DNA of 42,022 nucleotides from Basidiobolus ranarum (GCA_040143965.1 JASJQH010000035.1:1-42022), one strand, 5' to 3'; positions 22,109 to 34,760 are shown, counted from the stretch's first letter. Notes: generated by a model from the sequence alone, not told the origin. Numbers and translations: made by a program.

Positions 22109-24633
22109 ATGTCGTATTTGCCTTATTCCTCGAAGAGCAACTCTACTTCCTCTGGCCTAGCTGCTTTGGATTTGGAGCAACCCACTGCTTCAAGAGCAAC
22201 TAGTATTAGACCTCAATCCCGAACCCTTCACTTAGGTCAAACCCCCACTCCACCCACTTCTCCATTTACCAATCCCCTCGACCAATATGCTCAACAACAA
22301 ATATATGCCGACAAGAGTACTAGGTTACTCGGGTTAATTCGTAATGCTCAAGGTTTGGTAGAAGAGTTACAGTGTACTAATCAAAACCGCCGGACTATTC
22401 AATATCCTTGGTTAACTGCTGAAAGTCAAAAACGTCCCATTAGACGCAACCAGACTTACAGGGAAGATTCGGAAGTCAAAACGATGGCTGTTCCACTTCG
22501 AAGAGCTCGCTCAAACTCTTCCTCAGACATGCCATCTCTTATCACCGACAAAGCGGAATTGGCTTTGAATGTATTGAAGCTTGACGTTAAAATCGGTACT
22601 CAAACCTCCCTTGATGTTAGCAAATTGGAGGAGTCCTCTATTTCGAAGCTTCTAGACGATCGATTTAGTCATGCTTTGACTCATCTGAATAAGCTTTTTG
22701 CTAGAATCTCGGATACTAGCTCTAAGATGTTGGTCACTGGTGACCTAAATGCCGGTAAAAGTACTCTTGTAAACGCTCTCTTGAAACGTGAGGTTGTTCC
22801 TGCCGATCAACAGCCTTGTACCTCACTTTTCTGTGAAGTTTTAGATGCCGAGATGAATAGTGGAGTTGAAGAAGTTCATGGAATCGTTGATGCTTCAAAG
22901 TATGATAAAAATGATCCATCCACATATACCAAAATTGATTTGAGACACCTCGAGAACACTGTTCTTGATGACTATGAAGTTTATACAATGCTTAAAGTCT
23001 ATTGTACCGATAGACGTGAAGCCAAAGAAAGTCTGCTTCATAATGGAATAGTCGATATTGCACTCATTGATTCTCCTGGATTGAACCGTGACTCGATTAA
23101 GACTACTGCTCTTTTTGCTCGCCAAGAAGAGATCGATGTTGTAGTATTTGTTGTTGGTGCCGAAAATCATTTCACTTTATCAGTAAGTGTCTTTTTTGTA
23201 AAATGTATAATTAATTGCGAATAGAGAGTTAACTTCTTTCTGCTACTAAGGGTGAAGAGTTTTTAAGAAGTGCCGGCCGCGAGAAGGAGTACATTTTTAT
23301 TGTTGTCAATCGATTCGATAATATTCGTGATAAAGCTAGATGTCGACGTCAAATATTGGAACAAATCAAGGAGATATCTCCTCGCACATACGAAGATGCG
23401 GATGATTTCGTCCATTTTGTTAGTGCCAGTAATTGCTTAAATTCAGAAGAAACTCCCGAAGAATTCGCTCAATTGGAACAAAGCCTACGTTCATTTGCTT
23501 TGGAGAAGCGCGCTAAATCTAAGTTAGCCCCTGCAAAACTGTATTTGAAGAATATTTTCAGTGATATTAGTATTTTATCTTCATACAACCAACAAAGAGC
23601 GGATAAAGATTTAGCGGAGGCTACTAAAAGTCTCGAAGAAAACAAGCCCGCATACGAAGAAATTGTTGGCCGCAGTCAACGTATTATTGAAGATGCGGAC
23701 AGAATTTTGGAGGATATATGCAGCTACATTGACCTTCATTCTCGCTCCAAGCTCAACAATGCCATTGAAACTTTGGAAGAGTTCTCCTCAGTTGTTGAGT
23801 GGAAGGGACTTCTATATGTATGGCAATTTGCCCAACAAGTCAAGAATACTATGGTCAATTTTGTTGAGAATCGAGTAGTTGAATGCGAAATTAAGGCTAA
23901 AGAACGTACTTCTGTCGGTCTCCAAAGATTAGACAAGCTTGGTTCAAACAAACATTTAGATCAACCACAATCGGATATTGATATCGATTCACTCTTCTTT
24001 GTACCTAGCCCCACCAAAAAGCTAGACATTCAGGTCGAGATCAGTGATCTGATTGACTTAAAAGAAAAGTTCAACATGATGACCTTATCCCTTGGCTCGG
24101 CGGGTATGATCCTAGGCAAGTACATAGGCTATCAAAAGATGTTCTCCAGCTTCTTAGACATGGGCAACTCTGTTGGACTTCAGCCCAAACGCTGGGGATG
24201 GCTTAGTGTTATTGTTGGTAAGTTGTATTTCGATCATACGATGGAATAATCATTATATTTACTTGAATTATGTGTAGGTGCTGGTGCAGTTTATTTCATC
24301 ATCTCTGATATGCGTTATGTTGTGGAGCGCAAGATTGCCAACAAGATTCGCGACAGTGTCCGCAAGACCAACTATGTTCATAGTCAGGTCCAACGTATTA
24401 CTAAAGAGAGTCGAAACATTCTAAGAATGTCTTCATGGGACCTACAAACACGCTTCCAAAATGCAGTTAAGGTCCAAGAGGAACAGCGTCAACAGCAGAC
24501 GAACAAGCAGAAGGCAGCCATTGAAGCCAAGGAGTATTTCAAATCATTATCCAGCAAGGTCGCCTCATATACTGACGCTGTAAATGCCATTGATACCGAA
24601 GAGCGCAAAATTGCAGCCTCATGTGATCTTTGA
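22109..24633 (+). CDS. FZO1: Mitofusin (dynamin-like GTPase) Fzo1
   Basis: Three exons (introns 23183-23250 and about 24218-24277). G1 GDLNAGKST, G2 PADQQPCT, G3 DSPGLN, G4 VVNRFD, the KRAKSKLAPAK motif, two TM segments and a C-terminal coiled coil. Confidence 0.94.
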
Positions 24634-25496
24634 GCAGATTCCAATAAGCCCCGTTAACACTATCATTGAACACCAATATCTCTACTTATTTAGGAACCAT
24701 ATTCATTGACTCCAACACCGCACTTAACTCAATATTTAGTTGCTTTTTATTTTTGCATAAACGGTTATCATCCATTGCCTATTTGTAATTTTTTTGCTGG
24801 CAAATGTAAACAAAAGAGTACTTTAGACACCACCTGTTTACTGACGTTGAGCTCCTTGTAAGTTGGAAGAAAATACAACCCGTCGGCGCATACGATCAAC
24901 AACTCTACTGTAACTTTCACCAAACTTATTTTGTACTTAACCCAGCACAATCAGTGTTATTTCCTTTGAATTGTTTATTAAAATGTCGTAAATAAAAAGG
25001 ACCCTTTCTAAGATTTCTGAGAATATATTGGGAAACAGTGGCTAACCCTTAGTGGGATTATTCGTTTCCTTCATCCCTAACCTCGTTACCCGATCTTTTG
25101 ACCCTGAGCTACCTAAAAGCTTAACCAAGCAGCTGTGGTTTTGATCTCCTGATTTGCTAGACTCAAGCATATAGGATTCAGAAAGAATCTCTTATTTACA
25201 TGTCTACCGCATTCAAATAATAATCACTCAAGATATAGGATTTTATTAAACTAAATCAATTGATTTCCTAATTAAAAAATGAAAAAAAACGCCCCATAAG
25301 TGATTTCTCGTGATGAATGTCGCGTGCTCAAAATTAAGCTTGCAGATTTAGGAAATTAAGCTAGTGTAGATTCTAAACTGCTTTATTCGTGACTTTGACA
25401 ACTTGGCGTTACCCTTTTTTTATTCCTACTATTTTGAAAACAAGCAACTGATAAAGTTTCAAGTAAAGAGACCAAGATATTAGTAGACATTTCCTT

Positions 25497-26730
25497 ATGA
25501 AAGTCAATACAATTACAAAGAAGGTTCAGCTTGTTACTGAGCACGAGATCATGAAGAGTGCAAAGCCTGTTAGTGGCCACCCTATTCGTAAATGGAAACT
25601 ATCTGTGTACGGTTTGGATGAAAATAACGAGAGATGTACGATGGAGTACGTGGAAAAAGTGGAGTATATTCTACATCCAAGTTTTACCAATCCCAAAAGA
25701 GGTATGTAATCTCCGCTTATTTTCCTGGTATTCAGTCACCCGTTACAGTTCTCGTGAAGTCATTATGTAAATGGTCAAAGACAATCGAGACTTTTCTTTC
25801 TATATTCCTATTTCAACTGCGCGTTTTCAACAAATCACGCGTTTATTTATCCCATTTCTCAAATTGGTGTAATCACCAAAAGCATATACTTAAGATGTTC
25901 TATCACAACCCTCGACTAACCTTTATAAATTTCTTATTTTTCACGCGAAAAGTTACCTCAAAACCACCTTATTCTCTTCAAGAAAAAGGGTGGGGTGAAT
26001 TCGATATGCAAGTCATCCTTCACTTTGTGGATAAAACTACTTACCCCTTGGAACACGACCTTAACTTTCGCTCCACCCATTACGAAGTTCCACACGTTGT
26101 TGTAAGTTCATTCACCAACCTAGAATGAATATCCCCTTCAACTCCCCTAACTTTCTTTCATTTATAGACTTTCAGCAATCCCAAGGGTGCGCTATTGAAA
26201 GCCTTGGATGGTGGGAAGGAATCTGGAGGTGAAGAGGTTTCTACTCCTGAAAAAACACCCTCTGTAAAAGGGAAAAGAAACCCCACACCCAAAGAGAAAT
26301 CGTCTAGAAAAAAGCCTAAGCCTGAATCTGATATGGTAGTTCCATCATTGTCTTCTATTTCTCCAGAAAAGGAGGAGAAGACTGAGCTGGTAAGAATTCA
26401 TACTCAAGACCATCAATTCCTTCATTTACTTATGCATACGCTTAGATCAACTGTGAACTTCTCGCGGAGAAGCTATACAAACTCTCTGGAAGTGATATTC
26501 TTGATGTCGTGAATTTTGTCAAAGAAAGAAAAAACAAGAATACGTATGTGAACGAGGAGGTGGAAGGTAAATCATTGTTAATGACATACATCACTGTGCA
26601 TTTCTAATATTCACTCACTTTATGTTTACTAGGAGAATTTCACTTTGATCTCTATACTTTGACAGATACCAGCTTAAAAGACTTAAATGAACTGGTAGAT
26701 TCCAAACTCAAGGCAGTTGAGACGCGGTGA
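25497..26730 (+). CDS. TAF14: Taf14/Tfg3-like YEATS + ET domain protein
   Basis: Five exons. YEATS domain KVEYILHPSFTNPKRVTSKPPYSLQEKGWGEFDM, basic linker, and ET domain LAEKLYKLSGSDILDVV...GEFHFDLYTL. Confidence 0.88.
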
Positions 26731-27350
26731 ATGAATAGCATATATTGCTGGAATATATATTAAATCGCACTTTCTCTCCTGTTGAATGTGTTGGAACCCC
26801 TCCCCTCCCATGAAAGCCTGTATATAAATTGGTTGCGTTTCCTTAATTCTATTGTCTACATTTAATTATGCTTTTTCTTCTACGTGCACAAGATATAGAG
26901 TGAATAACGATCTCCAGAGATTCTCTTGTTCCCTCGGCTAGATTTAATTTTATTGCTTTTATTGCTTCTATGTTTTCATTCTTTTCTCGGGTTTCCACAT
27001 TTGCACTTGATATCTACACATTTATCTTTTAGTTGGAAATAAACCATCATTTAAATTATTCTTTTTCGTGATTGGTTTTTGTGATTACGGTAATAAAAAT
27101 GCTTGAATTATTGTGAATTTTATAATAACTCGACAACTAATCCAGTAATAAAATCATCCATGATAATGTGGTTATCCCAGATCGATCGTCAAAATTTTGA
27201 TGAAATTTTACCCCGAATAGGTTTGATCTAAATATGAGACTAAAGCCAACCAGTAGAATCACGCAATTCAACATTATCCGACGAATATAGCCTCTTACAT
27301 TGGCTTGGTAGCTGTCTCTTTCCGCTACCATACCCCTTGAGCATATTCTT

Positions 27351-27541
27351 GTAGGTAGAATTTATGAAACCATTTGAATTTTACAAACAGTCTTCGCATG
27401 ATAGATTTTAGTGTAGAGATGATGTGTTTCGTGGAGGGATATCTATAGGAGACCTCTATAATCTATTATATTTGCTCTTTCATCCATCAATTCCTAAATT
27501 CACCGAACGATATTAATTTTTGTATGTTATTTACTTTATAG
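27351..27541 (+). other. Probable 5'-UTR intron of RPL17
   Basis: GTAGGT donor at 27351 (alternative GT at 27355), T-rich tract and TAG acceptor at 27541, 11 nt before the ATG. A pyrimidine-rich putative start region lies near 27312-27323. Confidence 0.65.
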
Positions 27542-27552
27542 GTTAATTAAAG

Positions 27553-28104
27553 ATGGTCAGATACTCTGCCACTCCCGCTAACAGCGCTAAGTCTGCTCAA
27601 ACTCGTGGTTCTTACCTTCGAGTTCACTTCAAGAACACCCGTGAAGCCGCCGCTGCCATCTCTGGTATGAAGTTGGATAAGGCTATCACTTACCTTGGTG
27701 ACGTCAAGGAACACAAGCAATGTATTCCTTTCCGTAGATATGCTGGCGGTATTGGTCGTTGTGCCCAAGCCAAGGCTTTCGGTACCACCAAAGGTCGCTG
27801 GCCTGTTAAGTCAGCTGAATTCTTGTTGGGTCTTCTCAAAAATGCCCACAGCAATGCTGAGAACAAGGGTTTGGATACCGAGTCTTTAATCATCAAGCAC
27901 GTACAAGTCAACCAAGCTCCTAAGCAACGTAGACGTACTTATCGTGCCCATGGTAGAATCAACCCTTACATGAGCAGCCCTTGTCACATTGAAATCATTG
28001 TTGCTGAGGAAGATGCCACCGTCAAACGTGAGGATGATGGTAAGGGTGCCAAGCTCAACAAGCGCCAAATCGCTCGTAAGAGATTGGTTGCTAGCCGTCA
28101 ATAA
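27553..28104 (+). CDS. RPL17: 60S ribosomal protein L17 (uL22)
   Basis: MVRYS...[14 protein letters not shown]...GRWPVKSA...[21 protein letters not shown]. Confidence 0.98.
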   Translation: MVRYSATPANSAKSAQTRGSYLRVHFKNTREAAAAISGMKLDKAITYLGDVKEHKQCIPFRRYAGGIGRCAQAKAFGTTKGRWPVKSAEFLLGLLKNAHSNAENKGLDTESLIIKHVQVNQAPKQRRRTYRAHGRINPYMSSPCHIEIIVAEEDATVKREDDGKGAKLNKRQIARKRLVASRQ

Positions 28105-28375
28105 GTTCTTTTCATATTTACTGAGACATTCGAATGTTTATGAATTTAAAATCATACTCCACTTGTTTATCTAATAAACTGGCTTTAACTTCATAATTTC
28201 TGAATGTACTTGTGTTGTAATTATTCAATGATTTATTGGATTTTTGGGAAGTTGATGCATATCATATCAGACAGTTTGAAATTTGGTCAAACGCTTGTGG
28301 TATTTATTTGGGATTTTTTCCTAGTAAAAGATGTCATTGGAGTGTGATTAGGTTATGTTGACACACCAACGTAAG

Positions 28376-30605
28376 TTACTCCTTTCTATTCAGTCCGTCG
28401 AAGTATGCATCTATTGAATCAATGTTTAGTTGATTGTGCTCGCTTTTCACTTCCCCTGTCATGTAATTAATTTACTACTAAAACATTACTTACGTTGTAG
28501 GGCATTCTCTGCACTGATCCTCTTTTCCGGTTGAAGTTCGAGTAACTTCTATTAACAGGATGTGAGAATATTAGTACAAATTTGATTATATGATTCTCCA
28601 ATTTTCCAGATATATATGTATATGCATAAATGAAATGAGATGAGACTACTAACATTAATAAGGTCAATCCCGAGTGGATCAAGTTTCGGTATAAGTGTCT
28701 CTAGTGCTACTTTCTGATACACCGGAAAGTCCTTCTGTAAATCATAATATAAGGTTTGGTCATGTTCCTAAAAGGTCCAAGTAATCAACTTACCTTATAA
28801 TCAGGTAGCTGGGATACTCCAGGCCACATCTCTTCGGTAGGTGTACCTTGCACTGTAATGTTCGAGTTAAGGATTGACAATATCAATAAAAGGCTTACAC
28901 AGTGAGGTGAGATTCAATTGAAGGAGTTCCTTGTCTCGCTTGTTTTTCGTTCCTTCAACTTGACATCATATTACACTATGTTGCAATCTTTTTTAAAAAA
29001 GGATATTTGAATATACGCATTAATTGGTCATTAATAGATGTTCCTGGGAACAAAGGTCTTCCTGAAGCCATTTCTAATAACAAACAAATACAAGTCTAGG
29101 TGTCAACAGGGAGTCAACGATGATAGCCATAGAAGCACACGTACCTGCGAAAATACATCCAACGGACCAAACATCGATAGAGGTGGAGTATTGTCTTGAG
29201 CCCATGAGGACATCTGGAGCGCGATACCATAATGTCACCACTTCATTTGAATAACTCCTCACTGGAATACCAAAAGCCCTGGCTAGACCGAAATCCGCTA
29301 GTTTTAACTCATTCTTTTTGTTGATCAGCAAATTTTGAGGCTTCAAATCCTGAGAACATCAAATGAGATTTAGTAAATATCGATGCTCATATACCATCAT
29401 TAGAGAGTGTCATTTGAAGACTGAATATTCTTTTGATTTACCCTATGAAGAACTCGGTGCTCATGACAAAAGGCGATTCCCAGAAGCAGTTGATACATTA
29501 GTTGCTAATCATATCAATATCCAGATATAAAGGAAGATTAAGATTAGCATGAAGTCATCGTTATATTCATTATGTTCTTCTTCGCCACTCCCAAACTCTC
29601 CATATGTATTCATTTTATACTTCGCAATCTCGCTTACCTTGATTGTGAAAACGTCAATATCTCCACCGTACGTATCCAAGAACTTTTTCAGATCTGAGTC
29701 TAAATATTCAAAGACCAATGTGAGCTTTTTCTCCGTATGCAACACATCGTAGAGTCTTAATGGGTAGGATAATAAAGAGGAGCAGGTTAGATAAATACTC
29801 CAAATAACGACCCTCTTTCTTGGAGTAATCTCAACAGGTCGATAGTAAGGGAAAGCTAGTATAATACCTAACAATATTTGGATGCTTAAGCTCTTTCAAC
29901 AATGATATCTCTCTGATAGCTGTGCAAGGCACCTTTAAAGTTGACGCAACAACGTCATAAAGACAAAATTTATGTTAGTCTCTTGTGTGTATCTACCTCA
30001 AATTTCACATATCGAAATATACACTAGAGTGCCATATCTTCACACATATAAGCAAAGAAATAATCGGCTCTAACATACCCCCTCCTCTTCATTATCCAAT
30101 CGTATCCGTTTCAGTGCAACCACATCACTCGTTTCTCGATTTTGCGCTTTATATACGATACCGTATGTGCCTAGTTATTCGTCCATAAAGAGTAAAATTT
30201 GTTAGCTACGTTGGTTTATTTTTACCACCTCCGCAAGTTCAAAGTGATTCGTAGAACGTACCTTCTCCTAACTTTTCTATTTTCTGTTTGGGTAATTATA
30301 GGTAACCATGGATATAATTAAGTTTGTTTTCGAAAGGTTGGTGTTAAATGAGTAGGGTACACGAGTAACGTTTGGTAAGCGAGCAGAAATAAAGGAAACG
30401 AGAAAATAAAGATTAGTTCTGATATAAAGGAAGAGATCGTAAAAGATAAAGTAATAATTGAAGATGGGGTTGGTAGTGGAGTGAAAGAAGAAAACTAAAG
30501 GTTGAATTGGAGAGAGTATGTGCGTGAGGGGGGTGAGAAATATAGTGAAATAGGGTAATATATATTTTTAAATAAAGAATGACACCGTACTTGGTACTTG
30601 TCCAT
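28376..30605 (-). CDS. CDK5: CDK5/Pho85-family cyclin-dependent kinase with PCTAIRE helix
   Basis: Twelve exons. [21 protein letters not shown]...[25 protein letters not shown]...[10 protein letters not shown]...[33 protein letters not shown]...RPLFPG...[17 protein letters not shown]...[11 protein letters not shown]. The frame only closes if intron 29006-28855 is AT-AC. Confidence 0.9.
28855..29006 (-). other. U12-type AT-AC intron (intron 8 of the CDK5-like gene)
   Basis: Donor ATATCCTTTT at 29006, branch TCCTTAAC at 28873-28866, terminal AC at 28856-28855. Splicing gives TTC AA|A GTG CAA GGT ACA CCT. Confidence 0.95.
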
Positions 30606-31088
30606 CTTCGCTTCTCTCTTTTTGCTATCACTTCCTTTTTACTCCTCTTGTATTTATCCAGAATACACGTTCCAACAAAAAGTAAATATTAAATCGTATC
30701 TATTGAACCAACATAAGGAAGGAAATTTTATCGAATATTTTAATCATCGTGAGTTTAAACATGGTCCCAAAAACCCCTCATTATTTATTGCAATTATGAG
30801 GTTATCGATTATTTCGGTTCCTTCGTTATACATTGACTATGATACCGATTGAGGTCAGGTGTTCAAATTCAGAATCTCTCAATCTTAACTCCACTGTTGA
30901 CAAATAAAAATGCAAATGTCTACCATTTTAGAACGATTCCAATATTTCGGGAAGGTTCATAACTGTATGTATTTATTATGACAACAGGAATAAGGGTAAA
31001 GTAGACTATGTGCTGACTAATGTCTATACTATGAATGATAAACATTATAAATAAATAAATAAATAGAAATCCATTCGATTAGTACTGT

Positions 31089-31655
31089 TTAGATCAAATT
31101 CCAAACGGTAATTGGTAAAAGTAGTACTATAACAGAGATGCAGGGTAAAGTCAGTGTCGCCGATGATTTTCCAGTTTGCTTAGAGTTGGTATCTGTTGTG
31201 TTTGCACCACTTTTAGCATTCAAAACGGGAGAGTATCCACTACCACTGTCAGAACCACTGACTGGTCCTTTGGATCCAGTATAGGGAGTACCAGCGGCAA
31301 CATTAGGGTTTAATATAATGAAATAAGGGCTGTACTTTAGATTCTTTCCAGATCCTATTCTAAGGACATATTGATTCCCTTCAGGGACTTGACTGGGAAT
31401 GGACCATTTGTATAAACCGGAGCTGCCACCAACGTTTACATCAATGGTGAGAACTACTGTAAGGTTGTTTGACGGACCAGAAAGTAACTGTAAATCTACA
31501 AGTGAGGGGGTCAGATCAGCCCCACTATCTTCCTTCCATTTGATATCCTCTTGACTCCCAGCCTTCCATACAGCACTGATAGGACTGGTAATGGAGAAAT
31601 CTCCTAAGACAACTGAAGCAAACAATGAAGCGAGTAAGCAAAGAATACGAATCAT
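31089..31655 (-). CDS. Secreted, probably GPI-anchored Ser/Thr-rich protein with Kre9/KNH-like N-terminal Ig-like domain
   Basis: Signal peptide MIRILCLLASLFASVVLG, then ITSP...W...L.LLSGPSNNL...G.YKWSIP...YVLRI...YSPYF.I pattern, S/T/G-rich stalk and hydrophobic C-terminus. Confidence 0.8.
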   Translation of the reverse strand: MIRILCLLASLFASVVLGDFSITSPISAVWKAGSQEDIKWKEDSGADLTPSLVDLQLLSGPSNNLTVVLTIDVNVGGSSGLYKWSIPSQVPEGNQYVLRIGSGKNLKYSPYFIILNPNVAAGTPYTGSKGPVSGSDSGSGYSPVLNAKSGANTTDTNSKQTGKSSATLTLPCISVIVLLLPITVWNLI

Positions 31656-31976
31656 GGTGTGAAATATTTATGAAAGGAAATGTTCTTGTCAACCTCTCTC
31701 TTAGTGTCTACATTTAAATACAAGTAGCTACTACGCCCCTCAATTTCTACCCTATAGACTCCCACTTGCCCCCACTTACTCATTTGTAGCATTATGAGGT
31801 TTATTGTGTAGTAATTTTTCTTGGTCAACGCGCTGTAATGCACATAACGCCTTTATCCATCTATAGCATAATAGAATGCTGGTTGAAGCACGAAAGAGAT
31901 TTGATTTATTTAAATTCGTTGATATGTAAATTCATAGGAGGTTCATTTAATACAATGAAGGATATATATATACATC

Positions 31977-32333
31977 TCAAAGATCAGGTTTCAAACTAGA
32001 TGGTAGTTTATCATGAGTGGATTTATCGATTTTAGCGTTAACGTGTGTGCCGTTGACTGCACTAGGGGCATGTACTTCTTCACCATCTGAACGAGCGTTT
32101 CTTTGATATTTGTATTTGTAGTCACCATCGTTTGGATCCTCTTGATTCCATGGGTAAGGATTATTAGCTGCTAAACGAACATTTTGATCAGGAACAGCGT
32201 TCTGACTTTTACGACCCAGCATATATCCAGCTGCTCCAAATATACCTGATACCACTGCGAGTAAAGGTGCATTACTTGGATCAATGGTAAGTACTTTCCA
32301 AAAAGATCGAGTTCTAGGTGCGGTGCTAGCCAT
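31977..32333 (-). CDS. NDUFA4/MLRQ (B12D)-like single-pass mitochondrial membrane protein
   Basis: TM segment PLLAVVSGIFGAAGYML followed by NVRL..NNPYPWNQEDPNDGDYKYKY, which resembles the NDUFA4 motif NNPEPWNKLGPNDQYKFY. Confidence 0.65.
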   Translation of the reverse strand: MASTAPRTRSFWKVLTIDPSNAPLLAVVSGIFGAAGYMLGRKSQNAVPDQNVRLAANNPYPWNQEDPNDGDYKYKYQRNARSDGEEVHAPSAVNGTHVNAKIDKSTHDKLPSSLKPDL

Positions 32334-32900
32334 ATTATGTAGAGATTTATCTGTTGGTCTTTAGAGTGTGCAATGGATTTCCCCCAACCTAAGAACTTCA
32401 CTTTTATACGGGACAATCCAGTCAAGGTGATGTCAATAGTTGAAGCTGAATAACTGACATCATATTCTACTCGAATTATTTGATAGATATCGAAACACTG
32501 CCTGAACTTCCGATCACGTCATCAATATATTGGTTGTACCTGATGCTTAATTTCATGAATGCATCATTACAACTCCAACAAATAAGTATATGATAGTTAC
32601 ATGAGTATTGCTGAATTAAATGACGTTACTACGAGGAAAGTTTCGGACAAGAATGGTAACTTTCAACTAGTAATCACGATATATGAGGGATGAAGACGGT
32701 TGATATTATGTGTATTAAAATATGCTCATGTGATCTATGAGTCGTTTAATATTTCAATTAGTCAAGACAATCTATACGTATAACCATTTTTTTTGGGGGG
32801 TTGCTGAAACATAAATGAAAAGAAAGGACGAGAGCAGAGAGAGGGAGAGAGAAAATGTCAAAGAAAAAGAAGAGAATAAATATTACATTGTATAAGTGAA

Positions 32901-34760
32901 CTATTCACGACCGATATCTCTACCAAAGATTTTTTGTTTACACCAATCAGCAAATACCAAAGTCCTTTGACGTACAGAGAAAAGCTTAGAGAGATAAGCA
33001 CTTCTCCATACCATGAAGGTAGCCAAACCACCGGATGAGATATTTCCGTGCATGACTGGGAAATCGGCAATGGCTTTTTCAGCACCGATATAAGCCAAGG
33101 AACCGCTGTGAGTATATGTGAAAGTCTTCAATTCTTTCTTGATTTCCTCTACATCTTCTTGAGTGGCGTCTTGTTTGGCAGCGATCTCATTCAACAACTT
33201 ACCAAGATAAGTACCTTGTTGGTTGGCAACTTGAGCAAGAGGAGGATATTTGGTGAAGGTACAATCACCTAAAGCGAAGACATCTTTGGCACCAAGCAAC
33301 ATCAAGTGGTCATCGACCAAGAGTCCTCTTCTACCAGTTTGAGCCTCGGGTAATTTCTCCATTAATCCCTTAACTATAGGACGAGCAGTATTACCAGTAG
33401 CCCAGACCAAAAGACCGTAAGGAATACTTTCACGAGTTTTATCAGCTTTTTCTACGACAATGTTCTTTTCATTTACTTCCTTGACCGCAGTTTTGGTAAG
33501 AACCTTGATTTCATTCTCAGAGAAAGTGGATTCGGTGTATTCAATCAATTGCTTCGAGAAAGAAGGTAAAACATTAGGCATGGCTTCAATCAAAGTGATT
33601 TTGACTCTTCCGGCAATATCAGGATACCACACAGCAAGATCATCAGTCAAGAAATCGTGCAACTCAGCGGCATATTCTACACCAGTAGGACCACCACCCA
33701 CAACAACCATGTGTAGCAATCTGTTCTTTTCATCCTCAGGTTGTTGACCAAAAGCAGCGGTTTCGATACCTGTTTAAAATTAATAACTTCCATTAGTGAA
33801 AGCACAACTTGGAATCCTCATAAAAACCATTCATACAATCCATCAATCTAGTTCTGATCTTCTTAGCGTCCCAGATTTCTTTTAAGAAGCATCCGTATTC
33901 ACGAACTCCTGGAACACCAAATGTTTGATTTTCGGCACCAACACCAACGACCAAGTAATCGTACTTCAAGGTAGTGTTACTGACAGCTCCCTTAATTTCC
34001 GAATTATCTGTATTCATGAAAGCATTAGATACATCTATGGATTGACAAGGGTTAATTTAAAGACATTACCGCTCACAGTGATAGTCTTGTTGATAGGATC
34101 AATGTCGGTACAATCTCCTTCGAAAAGTTGAACTTCTCTTTTCTTGTGACGGGTAATATATCTGATTGGCTCCATAATAGAGCGATTCTCAATTGTACCA
34201 ACAGTGCAACTGGGCAACAAAGGAGTGAAGAGGAAATAATTTCTAGGTGAAACAACGACCTAAAACGATAGGTGAGAAAACGTGTTGTTGATGATAATGT
34301 ATCAAAATAAACGTATACTAACCACATTGAATTTATCAGTGTCGAGTTCTCTTAAAATAGAGGTAGATCCCCAACCAGTACCTAGAATGACCAAGGTTTT
34401 CTTTGAGGGATCAAACTCTGCTTGAGCAGGTGGGTGACGTTGTTGGTAGGCAGCTAGTTAAGTGAGAAGAGGTCAGCAACTTTGAAGAGTTGGATATATA
34501 AACGTAAATGGTTTTACCGTAGCCAACGACACCAACAGCACCAGCTGACAAACCCAAGGCACCACGAGTTACATATCTCCATTTGGATTTCTTTACTGGT
34601 TGGGCAGCAGCAGACACGGACGAGTAAGCTCTAGAGGTAGAAAGTAATAAGGAACGACGAGCAACACTGGAGGCGGCTAAATATAATACTGTTAGAAGAA
34701 TGAAAGGTTTATTTCTATATTATTTGCACTCCAACCTCTGAAAACGCGTTGACTTTGCAT
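32901..34760 (-). CDS. NDE1: Type II (alternative) mitochondrial NADH:ubiquinone oxidoreductase, Nde1/Ndi1-like
   Basis: Six exons. Presequence, LVILGTGWG (FAD fold), [34 protein letters not shown] (NADH fold), [17 protein letters not shown], and C-terminal FGRDI. Confidence 0.93.

Noticed and set aside
22403-22411. ATATCCTTG, a U12-donor-like sequence in FZO1
   Set aside because: It lies in an uninterrupted coding frame (Q-Y-P-W) and I saw no matching branch site and acceptor. The same holds for Tyr-Pro codon matches in NDH-2 and ZNF207.
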